Positions 10,501 through 19,388 are shown, counted from the first letter of the stretch. The stretch: DNA of 64,000 nucleotides from Candidatus Poribacteria bacterium (GCA_036339735.1 JAYZAL010000101.1:8537-72536); one strand, 5' to 3'. The notes: generated by a model from the sequence alone, not told the origin. Numbers and translations are program-made.

Positions 10501-11379
10501 TGGTTTTGGCCGAAAACTACTGATACCAACGTTTGGGGATTAACGGCCAAGACTTCGGATCCAACGCAACAACGAAAGCCGACAGTCGTTCAACTTAACT
10601 GGCAGTCTTCAGCTCAGAGATTTACTATCTATCGAGCAAAGGGAAAAGAGAGAGACTGGAAAGAGATCGGTACAAGTCAAACTAAGACCTTTAAGGATTT
10701 TGATTTTCAGACAGAATCAATCTATCGTTATACAGTATCCGTCAGCAATAGTGATCTTAGAAGTAATGAAGTTGAAGTTGTAATCAGAAGTCAATCTCAG
10801 TTAAAGACAGTTCAACCATTAGGTCAACATCAAATCTCTGTCCTGTTTGCTGATCGTTTGGACCTAAACTTATGGGAAGATCTCATTGGTCGTTCAATTT
10901 TCGATCCGACAAATTATCATTTGTCTCCAGCTAATGACTTGAAAATCAAACAGCAGCCAACTTCAGTTGTGTTAGACCAATCTGATCGACGGTTGTTATT
11001 AACCTTCTCACGCTTGGATTGGGAAGAGAATTATAGACTAGATTTATCGACTGGTGAGTATGCGGAATTTACTACGCCGCCAGATATCGGTCAACCGACT
11101 AACCTGCAACACTTAGTAGCATACCCCAATCCGGTTCGACCTAACGAAATGCATAAAGGTGCCGTTACATTCGCTAACCTACCTTCTGACAGTCAAATTC
11201 ACATCTATGACTTGTCCGGCACTCTAATCCAAACATTATCAATAGAACCTGAAGATCTGGGAGAAAAGCAATGGTACCTTCAAAATAATAGAGGTTTCGC
11301 CATTGCTAGTGGCCTTTACCTGTATTCAGTTCAATATAAGGATCAGAAAAAAGTTGGCAAAATTGCAGTAGTTAAATAA
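7591..11379 (+). CDS. Secreted S8 subtilase with FG-GAP-like repeats, Fn3-like domain and C-terminal FlgD-Ig/T9SS-CTD-like domain
   Basis: Signal peptide. Catalytic motifs VIDTG, HGTHVAG, AAGN and GTSMAAPHVAG. DFDGDG and DLNGDG repeats. C-terminal AYPNP...IYDLSG...ASGLYLY...GKIAVVK. Confidence 0.92.
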   Translation: MRIFFIIFFYFFVGISWSTNKSPSNQSVSAESTSQTSSQLIVRLSSPAVFQKVKHQLRVDHIKPLLPQIKTKFLADHLGLSRLYLLEFSQKIDLTQKYWQCKGHPQVEAVAYNYIRFTQSIEPNDTSYKDQWNLEKIAMREAWEIDRGNSDVIIAVIDTGVDYTHEDLKKQMWRNNREIDGNQIDDDSNGYIDDMLGWDFTQNDNKPMDETGHGTHVAGIIGAEVDNRIGIAGVAWKSRIMAIRVGSSSYYGGVGMRDSNSAAGIIYAADNGAKVINMSWGSDRLSFVIRDALAYARASGVLLVAAAGNDMKSDVIYPAGYQSVLAVASGNQQNERFYQSNFGSRVNIVAPGNDILSTHIRDNYRLLSGTSMAAPHVAGVAALMLSKRPNLTAEEIRQILVSSAQPMPKSPEFSGAGYLLAPAALRMSISLQSKITSPITGTGSDKQIEVRGSAGGFGFQKWQLRYGQSTTPNDWTIIKEDYLPTGKDQILAVWQTTFLPEGSYTLQLVVKNVDSIQITDNVVVQVDHSPPILQNLTLQHWLAGDRYVPVVFWSTFDMTINELHWKPIASSNWQDRDAEAAVSREHIFWLPDLPAGGYKLSAKSTNLVGLTTEQLFSTQIKDSRIPTFQLDQYTLGLPPLHLANSSSPIDFDGDGQVELVGLPLSGTLTKGVQIYERNKRGLFPLRHTIPTRFWPAFVGDLNQDRQIEIVGYDDDQVFVMTGDQTYPDQKVWTSDIIEFAQVFDLDQNGRPEIVGPNNYSGQVIGFESGGNNTFDLIFEINNPSQGTNVIKQIAAGDLNGDGKNELVFGDSEGEIFVYTDMNGPNHRLVWEHNLPIQDIRVIVVGDMTGDKIDDFIVGGQTYQPELPSIARQWKFYAFTYRSHNKGFSQIWSQSFVPYTEQLASLKIIDLNQDSANELVVAISPHVYIYDQNFEPIWTKLIHETPNILATNFSEDGRKGIYVNQSRQAVAWFWPKTTDTNVWGLTAKTSDPTQQRKPTVVQLNWQSSAQRFTIYRAKGKERDWKEIGTSQTKTFKDFDFQTESIYRYTVSVSNSDLRSNEVEVVIRSQSQLKTVQPLGQHQISVLFADRLDLNLWEDLIGRSIFDPTNYHLSPANDLKIKQQPTSVVLDQSDRRLLLTFSRLDWEENYRLDLSTGEYAEFTTPPDIGQPTNLQHLVAYPNPVRPNEMHKGAVTFANLPSDSQIHIYDLSGTLIQTLSIEPEDLGEKQWYLQNNRGFAIASGLYLYSVQYKDQKKVGKIAVVK

Positions 11380-11428
11380 ATTACCGTTATAAGTTGGCAA
11401 AAAAAAACAACACAAAAGAATCAAAACG

Positions 11429-11457
11429 TTGACATGTGCTGTGTTCTGTACTAAAGT
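11429..11457 (+). promoter_or_regulatory. sigma70-type promoter
   Basis: TTGACA-17 bp-TAAAGT upstream of an ACGGAGG SD. Confidence 0.55.
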
Positions 11458-11518
11458 GAGACTAACTATTTATTCAGGTTAGCAACTATTCGCGATCAGT
11501 ACGGAGGAGATATAGTAA

Positions 11519-12334
11519 ATGGTTATGTTCAGAATACCAAAAGTAAAATCTTCGGTAATTAGCCATCTTGGCCTAATTACTTTATGTTGTCTATTAACGA
11601 GTTCAGGTTTTGCTAAGATCGATTTGGAAAAACACCTAGTCGGTTTGTGGAAATTCGACGAAGGCAAGGGTGGAACAGCCAAAGACGATTCTGGTAATGG
11701 TTTGGAAGGAAAGCTAGAGGGTAAGTGCAAGTGGGTCAAGGGTAAGTTCGGTCAAGCCATTGAATTTGATGGCAAAAGTGGTTACGTAGCGATTAAAGAA
11801 CATGCCAATCCAACAAAGGCTATTACCGTTGCTGCATTGGTCAAAAGTGCAGAAAAAGCATGGAATAACCATGGAACGATAATGTCCAAAAGGGACGCTT
11901 TTATCATTCACAACAACCAAGGTGGCACTGGTGTATCTTTCCCAATTTGTAATGGTGGTTGTTGGAATAAGCCAGGTGCCTGGCGAGACGGGGAAGTCTT
12001 TCCCAAAGAAATCACTGACTGGCACCTATATGCTGGTACATTTGATAGTAAAACTGGTGAATGGCGGATCGTAATTGATGGAAAAATCGAGAGTAAGCTC
12101 AAACTTGACAAAAATGAAATCGCTGCGGAAGAAGCTAAACAGCTTTGGATTGGTCGTGATCAATGCTGTGGCACTCGATTTGGAACTATTACCGTTGATG
12201 AGGCCATGGTCTTCGACGTGGCGTTGGGCGAAGAGGAATTGACCGAAATTTACACAAATGGAATTGATGGTGCTCTAGCAGTTAATAATCGAGGTAAATT
12301 GACCGTTAGCTGGGGTAAAGTTAAGGCTCAATAA
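11519..12334 (+). CDS. Secreted LamG/concanavalin-like domain protein with short C-terminal WG tail
   Basis: Signal peptide, LVGLWKFDEGKG..AKDDSGNG, GKFGQAIEFDG and WHLYAGTFD. Ends AVNNRGKLTVSWGKVKAQ. Confidence 0.88.
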   Translation: MVMFRIPKVKSSVISHLGLITLCCLLTSSGFAKIDLEKHLVGLWKFDEGKGGTAKDDSGNGLEGKLEGKCKWVKGKFGQAIEFDGKSGYVAIKEHANPTKAITVAALVKSAEKAWNNHGTIMSKRDAFIIHNNQGGTGVSFPICNGGCWNKPGAWRDGEVFPKEITDWHLYAGTFDSKTGEWRIVIDGKIESKLKLDKNEIAAEEAKQLWIGRDQCCGTRFGTITVDEAMVFDVALGEEELTEIYTNGIDGALAVNNRGKLTVSWGKVKAQ

Positions 12335-12348
12335 TCACATAGGTAATT

Positions 12349-12397
12349 TTAGATGATTGCCCCTTCAGATGTTTTCAAAGGCAGTCATCTAAGTTTT
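12349..12397 (+). terminator. Intrinsic terminator
   Basis: ttagatgattgcc...ggcagtcatctaa stem followed by gtttt, just after the stop codon. Confidence 0.7.
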
Positions 12398-12420
12398 GAC
12401 AGGGAAAAAATGAGTCAAAC

Positions 12421-12484
12421 TTGACTTCACGGTTGAGCTAGTGTTATTCTTTTGACCGACAAGAGAATGTGAGACTCAGTATCA
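12421..12484 (+). promoter_or_regulatory. Promoter plus Fur-like 7-1-7 operator upstream of tonB
   Basis: TTGACT-18-TATTCT with TGn extension. TGAGACT-C-AGTATCA at 12470-12484. Confidence 0.5.
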
Positions 12485-12563
12485 ACAAAGTCATGGTCAA
12501 ATGAAGCATCCGCTTTTCTATTTGTTCTTTTCATTATTCCTCGTTCCCTTTTAGTTTAATCCT

Positions 12564-13367
12564 TTGATACCATCGGCCAACATGGGACGTCGGTTACCAC
12601 TCCCCTTCTTAATTTCCCTTATCCTGCATGCTCTATTGGCTTTGCTGGGCGCTTTTTACATGGTGCAACGCCACATCATCGAAAGAGATATGGTTGCCGT
12701 GGATATCACCCGTGTAGTTGAATCTCCACCCAAGCGCCGGTTATCGAAAAGAGCGATTAAGCCAGTTCGTTATCAACCCAAAATAGCGACTGTGGCGATC
12801 AAACAAAATCGAGTTCCCCAACGGATACAAACTGCTATTGAGCTGCCAGCCACAAGTTATACAACCGGCGTTGTTGCGGCTACAGAAACTCCTTCATTGC
12901 TTGCGAGTAAGGACATTTACACAATTAGCAAGCCACTGAGCATTGAGTACAAGCCAGTACCACTGAAAATGCAACCACCACAAGTGAGTCCGAAGCGAGT
13001 AAGCTCGACAATGGCATCGACGATACAACTTTCAACAGCCCCGCCTAACCTTGATATTGATCCAACTGATTTTTTAGTTGCAGATCTCAGGGATGTAACC
13101 CAGAGACCCATGGTAATCAACCCTGTTGAACCTACTTATCCGGATTTAGCCCGGCGTGCTCAACGAGAAGGAGTTGTATTGTTAGAAGCTACGATTGGTA
13201 TTGAAGGAAAAGCTACTGATATCCTCGTCGTTACCAGTTTGGGATTCGGTTGTGATCAGGCAGCAGTTCAAGCGCTCAGATCAACGCGCTTTCGTCCGGC
13301 CAGACAAGGCAAGACTAAGGTCAGTGTGCGAGTACAACTTCCGTATCGGTTTCAGCTCCAAAACTAG
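12564..13367 (+). CDS. tonB: TonB family energy transducer
   Basis: TM helix with SxxxH (ISLILHALL), Pro-rich linker and TonB_C (PTYPDLARRAQREGVV...G..CDQAAVQAL...FRPA). ATG at 12582 is an alternative start. Confidence 0.88.
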   Translation: MIPSANMGRRLPLPFLISLILHALLALLGAFYMVQRHIIERDMVAVDITRVVESPPKRRLSKRAIKPVRYQPKIATVAIKQNRVPQRIQTAIELPATSYTTGVVAATETPSLLASKDIYTISKPLSIEYKPVPLKMQPPQVSPKRVSSTMASTIQLSTAPPNLDIDPTDFLVADLRDVTQRPMVINPVEPTYPDLARRAQREGVVLLEATIGIEGKATDILVVTSLGFGCDQAAVQALRSTRFRPARQGKTKVSVRVQLPYRFQLQN

Positions 13368-13461
13368 ACATTCTTAATTCAGTATCTTTTGTAACAACTG
13401 GCGCCTCCTATTTACAACTTTCTGCTTTATACATTTTATCAAACCTCTTTTATTTGCTTCT

Positions 13462-14247
13462 GTGTTACCTTTTGAAAAGGCTCAGCCAGTTTACGTTGGC
13501 GCCAGAGCAATAGGTATTGGAAATGCCTTTACTGCAATTGCGGATGATGCCACTGCTTGTTTTTGGAATCCTGCCGGCCTAATTCAGTCTCAAGGTGTCA
13601 GAATATTTGGTATGAACAAGTTTTTTGACCGCTCCGAGTATGGATTTGATCCCAAAGGAATTTCTTATTCATACCGACAGAACGGTTTTGCCTGGGGAAA
13701 TAAGATTGCTCTCGGGACAAGAAGTCAAGATCCAGATTATTCCTACTATGCTGTCGCTCGGCAAATTGGCTCTTACTTATCATTCGGAGGTAGTCTTAAA
13801 TTCCAACGCCGACACCCCAGTCGATATTATCAAGTTTTTGGTTATAATCCATCCTTTGATTTAGCTGTCTTAGCGAAACTCAGTCCGAATTGGAAAATTG
13901 GCCTGCTGTGGCAAAACGAAGATCTTAGGTTGGGAATGGACCGACAGACGATAGGCTTAGCTTACCAAATAACACTAAAAAGGCCTAACTCTGACCTGAT
14001 TGTTAGCCTTGATTTGGAACAAGACCATTCTGCTAATGGAAAGTCGAACACAAAGACCAGAATGGGTTTTGAGTTTCCAGTTTCTCGCTTTCTACAACTA
14101 AGAGGTGGAAATTCAGATGGAAGTTGGACAGCAGGTATTGGTTTGAAGTGTCAATTTGGTCCGACTGTCGCTCGGATTGATTATGCTTGGATCGGCGACA
14201 CAAGAACATACCGGTCTCATTTCATTTCTTCAGAAATTGCTTTTTAA
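13462..14247 (+). CDS. PorV/UPF0164-like outer-membrane beta-barrel
   Basis: GARAIGIGNAFTAIADDATACFWNPAGL signature, amphipathic strands and C-terminal Phe. The true start is probably further upstream. Confidence 0.75.
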   Translation: MLPFEKAQPVYVGARAIGIGNAFTAIADDATACFWNPAGLIQSQGVRIFGMNKFFDRSEYGFDPKGISYSYRQNGFAWGNKIALGTRSQDPDYSYYAVARQIGSYLSFGGSLKFQRRHPSRYYQVFGYNPSFDLAVLAKLSPNWKIGLLWQNEDLRLGMDRQTIGLAYQITLKRPNSDLIVSLDLEQDHSANGKSNTKTRMGFEFPVSRFLQLRGGNSDGSWTAGIGLKCQFGPTVARIDYAWIGDTRTYRSHFISSEIAF

Positions 14248-14362
14248 TAAATAGTCAGAGCGTAATACCCTCATACTTCTTCTAGTGGCGGGTTTCAAAT
14301 ACTGGAATCATAAATTGAGTTGTAGGAAATTAGATTATCCAGCCGGAAAAAGATCAGATTGG

Positions 14363-15100
14363 TTACCTCTGCTTCAAATGTGCCCAGCAAACTGCCATTT
14401 TGTTTTTGTACTCCACAGACAAGTTAACTTCATTGGGCCAATCAAATAGCCTCAGATTATCAATTTGATAATGACGCTCCAAGTCAGAAATAAAACCTAT
14501 AGTACCTTTAGGGTGAAGACTCTTATCGTCCGTCCAGCTCATAATTTTACGTGAAACTACCTCATCTTTGCGTTTAAGAAATAGCTCGAACTTAAAACCC
14601 CGGCCGGTCAGTGATAGAGTGTACCACTCCTTAGATCTGATAGCGATGGGGAGTTTAGTGCGTAATTCTCTCAGTTCTTTCCAGGTTTCTTGGGCTTCTC
14701 CTTGACGAACATACCAACGAGCATAGTTCTTGGTCCCCATTCCATCTTCCGGTGTAACATAGAGTTGGTAGAACTCGAAATCGGCACTAGCTCGAAATAG
14801 TATCCCAATCCAGCTTCCATTACCAAATTCATCTTGTAAAGGTCTAAAATCAAATTGTAAACCAAAATCTTCGGCTTCAGCTTTAGCATAGCCAAAATAA
14901 CTCCAACCCACACCAGTGGGCAAAATTTCCAGTACTCCATTTTTAGTCTTCCAATCAATCTTCCGAGCCTTTGCACCATGTGTCCACTTTTTCTTATCCA
15001 ACTTTCCATCAAAATCGTCAAATAATAATAGTTTAGACTCACCACTACTAGGAACCAGAGAAATCAAAACACAGAAAACAACACAACACCAATTAAACAT
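14363..15100 (-). CDS. Secreted DUF1080/concanavalin-like protein with short C-terminal W tail
   Basis: Signal peptide from ATG 15100, LFDDFDG, WIGILFRA and KGTIGF...IDNLRL. Ends SVEYKNKMAVCWAHLKQR. Confidence 0.7.
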   Translation of the reverse strand: MFNWCCVVFCVLISLVPSSGESKLLLFDDFDGKLDKKKWTHGAKARKIDWKTKNGVLEILPTGVGWSYFGYAKAEAEDFGLQFDFRPLQDEFGNGSWIGILFRASADFEFYQLYVTPEDGMGTKNYARWYVRQGEAQETWKELRELRTKLPIAIRSKEWYTLSLTGRGFKFELFLKRKDEVVSRKIMSWTDDKSLHPKGTIGFISDLERHYQIDNLRLFDWPNEVNLSVEYKNKMAVCWAHLKQR

Positions 15101-15146
15101 TTTTCCCCATTTACATTCAAAAAGCCTAGTTTGCAAAATAACATTA

Positions 15147-16841
15147 TTATTCCTGACGATCAAGGTATTTCTCTATTTGGTCAGGGAAGTAGTTAATAAG
15201 ACTATCAGTGATTAGAGGCGCGACAGAACCCAATCCACAAGCACTAGTTGCTTTCATAGTTTGGCCAATTTCTTTTACCTCCGTTAACCACACCTCTTTG
15301 CTTTGAATAGGCAGATCCATTGCCAAGCGTTCAGTTAACCGTTGTGTACCAATTCGACAAGGAAAACATTTTCCACAAGATTCTTCAGCGAAAAACCCCA
15401 TCGCATTCTCAGCTACTTCAACCATGTTACGACTATCGTCGAAGACAATCACTCCGCCTGAGCCCAAAATGGATCCTTTTGCCGCTACTGATTGATTATC
15501 CAATTTCACGTCTAAATCTTTCTTGGCTAAAAATCCACCTGACACGCCGGCCATTGTAACTGCCTGAACGGCACGCCCAGAAGTTGCTCCACCAGCCCAA
15601 TCATATAGCAAGGTGGACAGAGGTAAACCTATGGGAATCTCATAGTTGCCAGGACGCTGAATATCACCGGATAAGCTGATTATTTTTGTGCCGGCATGCC
15701 CATTTAGTCCCAGTCCACGATACCAATCTGCACCGTTTCGCAAAATCTGCGGAACAGAGGCCAGAGTTTCGACATTATTTACAGCCGTCGGTAAATCTTG
15801 AAACCCATTCGTGACAGGGTAAGGAGGGCGGTTACGAGGAAATGGCCGTTTTCCTTCTAGACTATTAAGTAAGGCGGTTTCTTCACCACAAATATAGGAT
15901 CCAGCCCCTCTTCTTATGTCGATTTGAAAATCAAAATCAGAACCAAGAATACTATCCCCCAGAAAACCAGACACTTGAGATTCCTCAATGGCTTGAGACA
16001 GAATATTAAGCGTTTCTGGATATTCATAGCGTAAATAAATAAAACCTTGGTTTGCACCAGTTGCGTATGCGGCAATCAACATCCCTTCAATTACCGCATG
16101 CGGGTCATAATCCATGATTGCCCGATCTTTGAAGCAGCCGGGTTCGCCTTCATCAGCATTACAGACTATTGTCTTTGGTCCTCTTTTTTCTTCCGCTACA
16201 GTCTTCCATTTCAAACCTGTAGGAAAACTCGCCCCACCTCGACCAGCCAGTTGGCTATCTTCCAATATATGTATCACATCTGCTGGTCGCATTAGATCTA
16301 ACATACTAATAAATCCATCATAACCACCTGTTTGACGATAGCCCAAAATTTCCGATCGGTTTGGTTGACGGATTTGAGAAAAAACACATTCTTCTACTTG
16401 GCCTGGGTTTGGTGGTGGTAGGGGGGATGGGCGAACTTTTAAATTATTAGCAGTAGTACCGATCAAAACCTCAGCACCTTTCAATACTGGGATGAAGTCA
16501 TCACAACGTCCAGCACATGGCATTTGGGTGGCGTTTTGATCAGATAATTCAGCCAATAATCGCCTACTACCTTGCAAACGGCAAACCGGGCCATCACAGA
16601 CTCGTGGCGCCAATTGGCCTGGAGGAGATTGTGATAAATGATGATAGAAACTAACAGTACCAAATAACTCTGCTAGGGGAATTTTCAAAGCTAGAGAAAT
16701 AGCACGCATCGATGACTCAGAAACAAACCCATCACGATCGTGGAAGGCATGGAGAATAGGTAGTAGTGGTGCTGGTTGATTATGCCACTTCTGGATCAAT
16801 TCTTGGTCAGTTAGAGTCTGTTTAGACTGATTATGGGGCAC
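15147..16841 (-). CDS. Fused NuoE-NuoF-like NAD(H) diaphorase (2Fe-2S, FMN, 4Fe-4S)
   Basis: CDGPVC...CAGRC, GRGGASFPTGLKW, NADEGEPG, YICGEETAL and SCGKCFPCRIG...ACGLG. Confidence 0.9.
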   Translation of the reverse strand: MPHNQSKQTLTDQELIQKWHNQPAPLLPILHAFHDRDGFVSESSMRAISLALKIPLAELFGTVSFYHHLSQSPPGQLAPRVCDGPVCRLQGSRRLLAELSDQNATQMPCAGRCDDFIPVLKGAEVLIGTTANNLKVRPSPLPPPNPGQVEECVFSQIRQPNRSEILGYRQTGGYDGFISMLDLMRPADVIHILEDSQLAGRGGASFPTGLKWKTVAEEKRGPKTIVCNADEGEPGCFKDRAIMDYDPHAVIEGMLIAAYATGANQGFIYLRYEYPETLNILSQAIEESQVSGFLGDSILGSDFDFQIDIRRGAGSYICGEETALLNSLEGKRPFPRNRPPYPVTNGFQDLPTAVNNVETLASVPQILRNGADWYRGLGLNGHAGTKIISLSGDIQRPGNYEIPIGLPLSTLLYDWAGGATSGRAVQAVTMAGVSGGFLAKKDLDVKLDNQSVAAKGSILGSGGVIVFDDSRNMVEVAENAMGFFAEESCGKCFPCRIGTQRLTERLAMDLPIQSKEVWLTEVKEIGQTMKATSACGLGSVAPLITDSLINYFPDQIEKYLDRQE

Positions 16842-16863
16842 TTTATTTCGATATTAAGTTTGT

Positions 16864-17757
16864 TTAAGAGCGACCTTTGAAAGTTAACTCGGCTACACCT
16901 GACTTGTCCAAGTCTCCTTTACCAATATTGATCATTTTATCAAATTGCGCTTTGGTTGCTTTAGCAAGTGGTAGATTGAGTTCCACTTGATTGGCCAAAT
17001 CGAGAGCTATCCCAGAATCTTTAGATGCATGAGATGCGGAGAAATAGCACTCATGATCTCGAATTTGCATGTCTTCTCCATCGGTTTCTAACACTCGTGA
17101 GTTAGCACCTGTTTGAGAAAAAACCTCTTGCAACATTCCCAGATCTAAACCTAAAGCTTCACCTAAACCCAGACCTTCAGCTAATCCAGCAGTATTGATA
17201 TTCATAACCATATTGACTAAGGCTTTTACTTGGGCAGCTTGACCCGCGGTACCAATATATCGAAGAGAGATACTCATTGCATCTAGAATTGGTTCTGCTC
17301 GATGAAATGTTGATTTTCGGCCTCCACACATCAAATAAAGTGTACCTTGCCGTGCCTGAGTAATACTACTGGCCATACAGCCTTCCAAGCTTTCAGCTCC
17401 ATTAAGCTCGGCCCGACGTTCAACTTCAACATGCATACTAGGTGAGATTGTAGCGCAATTGATAAAGACCGTCCCTGCCGCTCCTTTAAGTAAGCTATCT
17501 TCGGTGGTTTCGGAGAAAATCTGTTCCATAGATGTATCATCAGTTACAACAGTAATGATGTAGTCAGCTAGTTTTGTCACATCAGCCAGCATATTACAGG
17601 CCGTAGCCTCGATTTCGTCAGCCAATGAATTTGCTAATTGTGAGACTGAATCGTAAACTGCAACAACTGAAAACCCTTCATCCTTGAGGTGGCGAGCGAT
17701 ATTACTACCCATTCGTCCAACACCAACAACCCCAATAGAATAATCCGCATTTGACAT
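16864..17757 (-). CDS. 3-hydroxyisobutyrate dehydrogenase-family beta-hydroxyacid dehydrogenase
   Basis: GVGRMGSNIA, GTLYLMCGG, catalytic KALVN and KDSGIA. Confidence 0.88.
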   Translation of the reverse strand: MSNADYSIGVVGVGRMGSNIARHLKDEGFSVVAVYDSVSQLANSLADEIEATACNMLADVTKLADYIITVVTDDTSMEQIFSETTEDSLLKGAAGTVFINCATISPSMHVEVERRAELNGAESLEGCMASSITQARQGTLYLMCGGRKSTFHRAEPILDAMSISLRYIGTAGQAAQVKALVNMVMNINTAGLAEGLGLGEALGLDLGMLQEVFSQTGANSRVLETDGEDMQIRDHECYFSASHASKDSGIALDLANQVELNLPLAKATKAQFDKMINIGKGDLDKSGVAELTFKGRS

Positions 17758-17841
17758 CTTATTTTCCCTTTTGACTATCTGCTCAAAGCTCTGTTTTTGA
17801 GACCAGTAACCTGTTGATCTCGATGTATATTTGGCTAATCT

Positions 17842-17881
17842 ATTCTACATGACACACAAAACTTTGTAAAGAAAATCACTA
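17842..17881 (-). promoter_or_regulatory. sigma70-type promoter with overlapping Rex-like operator
   Basis: TTTACA-17-TAGAAT on the minus strand. TTGTAAA-gaaa-ATCACTA (17864-17881) versus the TTGTGAA-N4-TTCACAA consensus. Confidence 0.45.
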
Positions 17882-18154
17882 GTGACTTACTTAACTTGAT
17901 CAAGGTCAGAGCCCGAGGCACGAGAAAGCAAATCAAATATATTTACCGTCAATACATGGCACATTTTTGTCGTAATTACGCTTGGGTCATCACAAAAAAT
18001 CACGACAAGCCTCATATGAATAGGAGTATAAGACGGATTCTCCTAATTTTTCTTGTGGGAGCTGTATTACTTGGTGGTCAGATGGAACAAGAGGGACATT
18101 TAGTAAAATCGGTAGGAATCAATAAGTCAGCCATTATTTGCGATGTTTGGAGTA

Positions 18155-19381
18155 TTAAATTATCCCTAACTTTTGTAGGTTATGAATTTCTGCTTTAGGT
18201 ATTCCCAGCAAATTGGCCAAAACTTCTTCTGTATGTTGGCCTAGCATCGGTGCGGGTTCATCGACTTGGCCAGGCGTCTGAGACAACTTGACAGGGATTC
18301 CAGGTATTTGTACTTTCCCTGCAAATTGGGTTGACAAATCAACGATCATTTCCCGTGCTCGGATTTGAGGATCCTCAACCACCTTATCAATGGTATTAAC
18401 TGGTCCACAAGGAACGCCGATCTTAGCTAGTTCCTCCACCCATCTTTCAGTATTCTTTTGGCTCAAAACTTTATTCATAATCGGTCGTAATTCTGAGTGA
18501 TTGTTGGTACGCGAAGCATTATTTTCAAATCTTGGGTCATCAACTAAATCAGACCGATCAACATGTTGACAAAATTTCTGCCACAATTGATCATTACCAA
18601 TTGCGATGACGACATAACCATCTTTGGACTCAAATACCTCGAAAGGCGTAATGGCTGGATGTCTTCGCCCAAGTGGTTTTGGAACTTCTCCGCTAGAGAA
18701 ATAACGAACTAGGGCATTTTCTAGGATGGATACTTGACAATCAAGCATCCCGACGTCAACTAACTGTCCTTCTCCTGTCTTCTGGCGATGATGGAGCGCG
18801 GACAAAACGCCTATGGTTGTAAATAGGGCTGACGTGATATCACCAATCGAGGTGCCAACCCGAACCGGTGGTTTGTCAGGCTCTCCAGTAATACTTAGAA
18901 TGCCCCCCATTGCTTGGATTATCATGTCGTAAGCACCACGATTGGCATAAGGACCCGTCTGGCCAAAACCAGAACAAGCAGCATATATTAGCCCTGGATA
19001 CTTTTCTCTTAATTGGTCATAACCGAGACCGAGTTTACTCATAGTACCTGCGCGAAAATTTTCGACTAACACATCACATTTTGCCAGCAAATTATGAAAA
19101 ATCTGTTGGCCCTGATCTGTTTTCAGGTTAAGAGTAATACTCTTTTTACCTCGATTGACACTCATAAAGTATAAACTAAAGTCATTCTGAAAAGGACCAA
19201 AGCCTCGAGCTTCGTCCCCAACCTCCGGTTGCTCAACTTTAATTATTTCTGCCCCTAAGTCTCCTAAAATCATGGTGGCATAAGGACCAGCTAACACTCG
19301 GGTTAAATCAAGTACCCTCAGATCGTCAAAAGGGCCGGGCTTGGTAGGAAATCCAACTGTTTGCGTACGGTTTTGATCCAT
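18155..19381 (-). CDS. Class III CoA-transferase (CaiB/BaiF)
   Basis: VLDLTRVLAGP, GAEIIKVE, NRGKKSITL, DVLVENFR and AYDMIIQA. Confidence 0.94.
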   Translation of the reverse strand: MDQNRTQTVGFPTKPGPFDDLRVLDLTRVLAGPYATMILGDLGAEIIKVEQPEVGDEARGFGPFQNDFSLYFMSVNRGKKSITLNLKTDQGQQIFHNLLAKCDVLVENFRAGTMSKLGLGYDQLREKYPGLIYAACSGFGQTGPYANRGAYDMIIQAMGGILSITGEPDKPPVRVGTSIGDITSALFTTIGVLSALHHRQKTGEGQLVDVGMLDCQVSILENALVRYFSSGEVPKPLGRRHPAITPFEVFESKDGYVVIAIGNDQLWQKFCQHVDRSDLVDDPRFENNASRTNNHSELRPIMNKVLSQKNTERWVEELAKIGVPCGPVNTIDKVVEDPQIRAREMIVDLSTQFAGKVQIPGIPVKLSQTPGQVDEPAPMLGQHTEEVLANLLGIPKAEIHNLQKLGII

Positions 19382-19388
19382 ATATCAA

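Noticed and set aside
17896-18198. 100-aa plus-strand ORF
   Set aside because: TTG start, no SD, no recognisable motif, and it overlaps the end of caiB.
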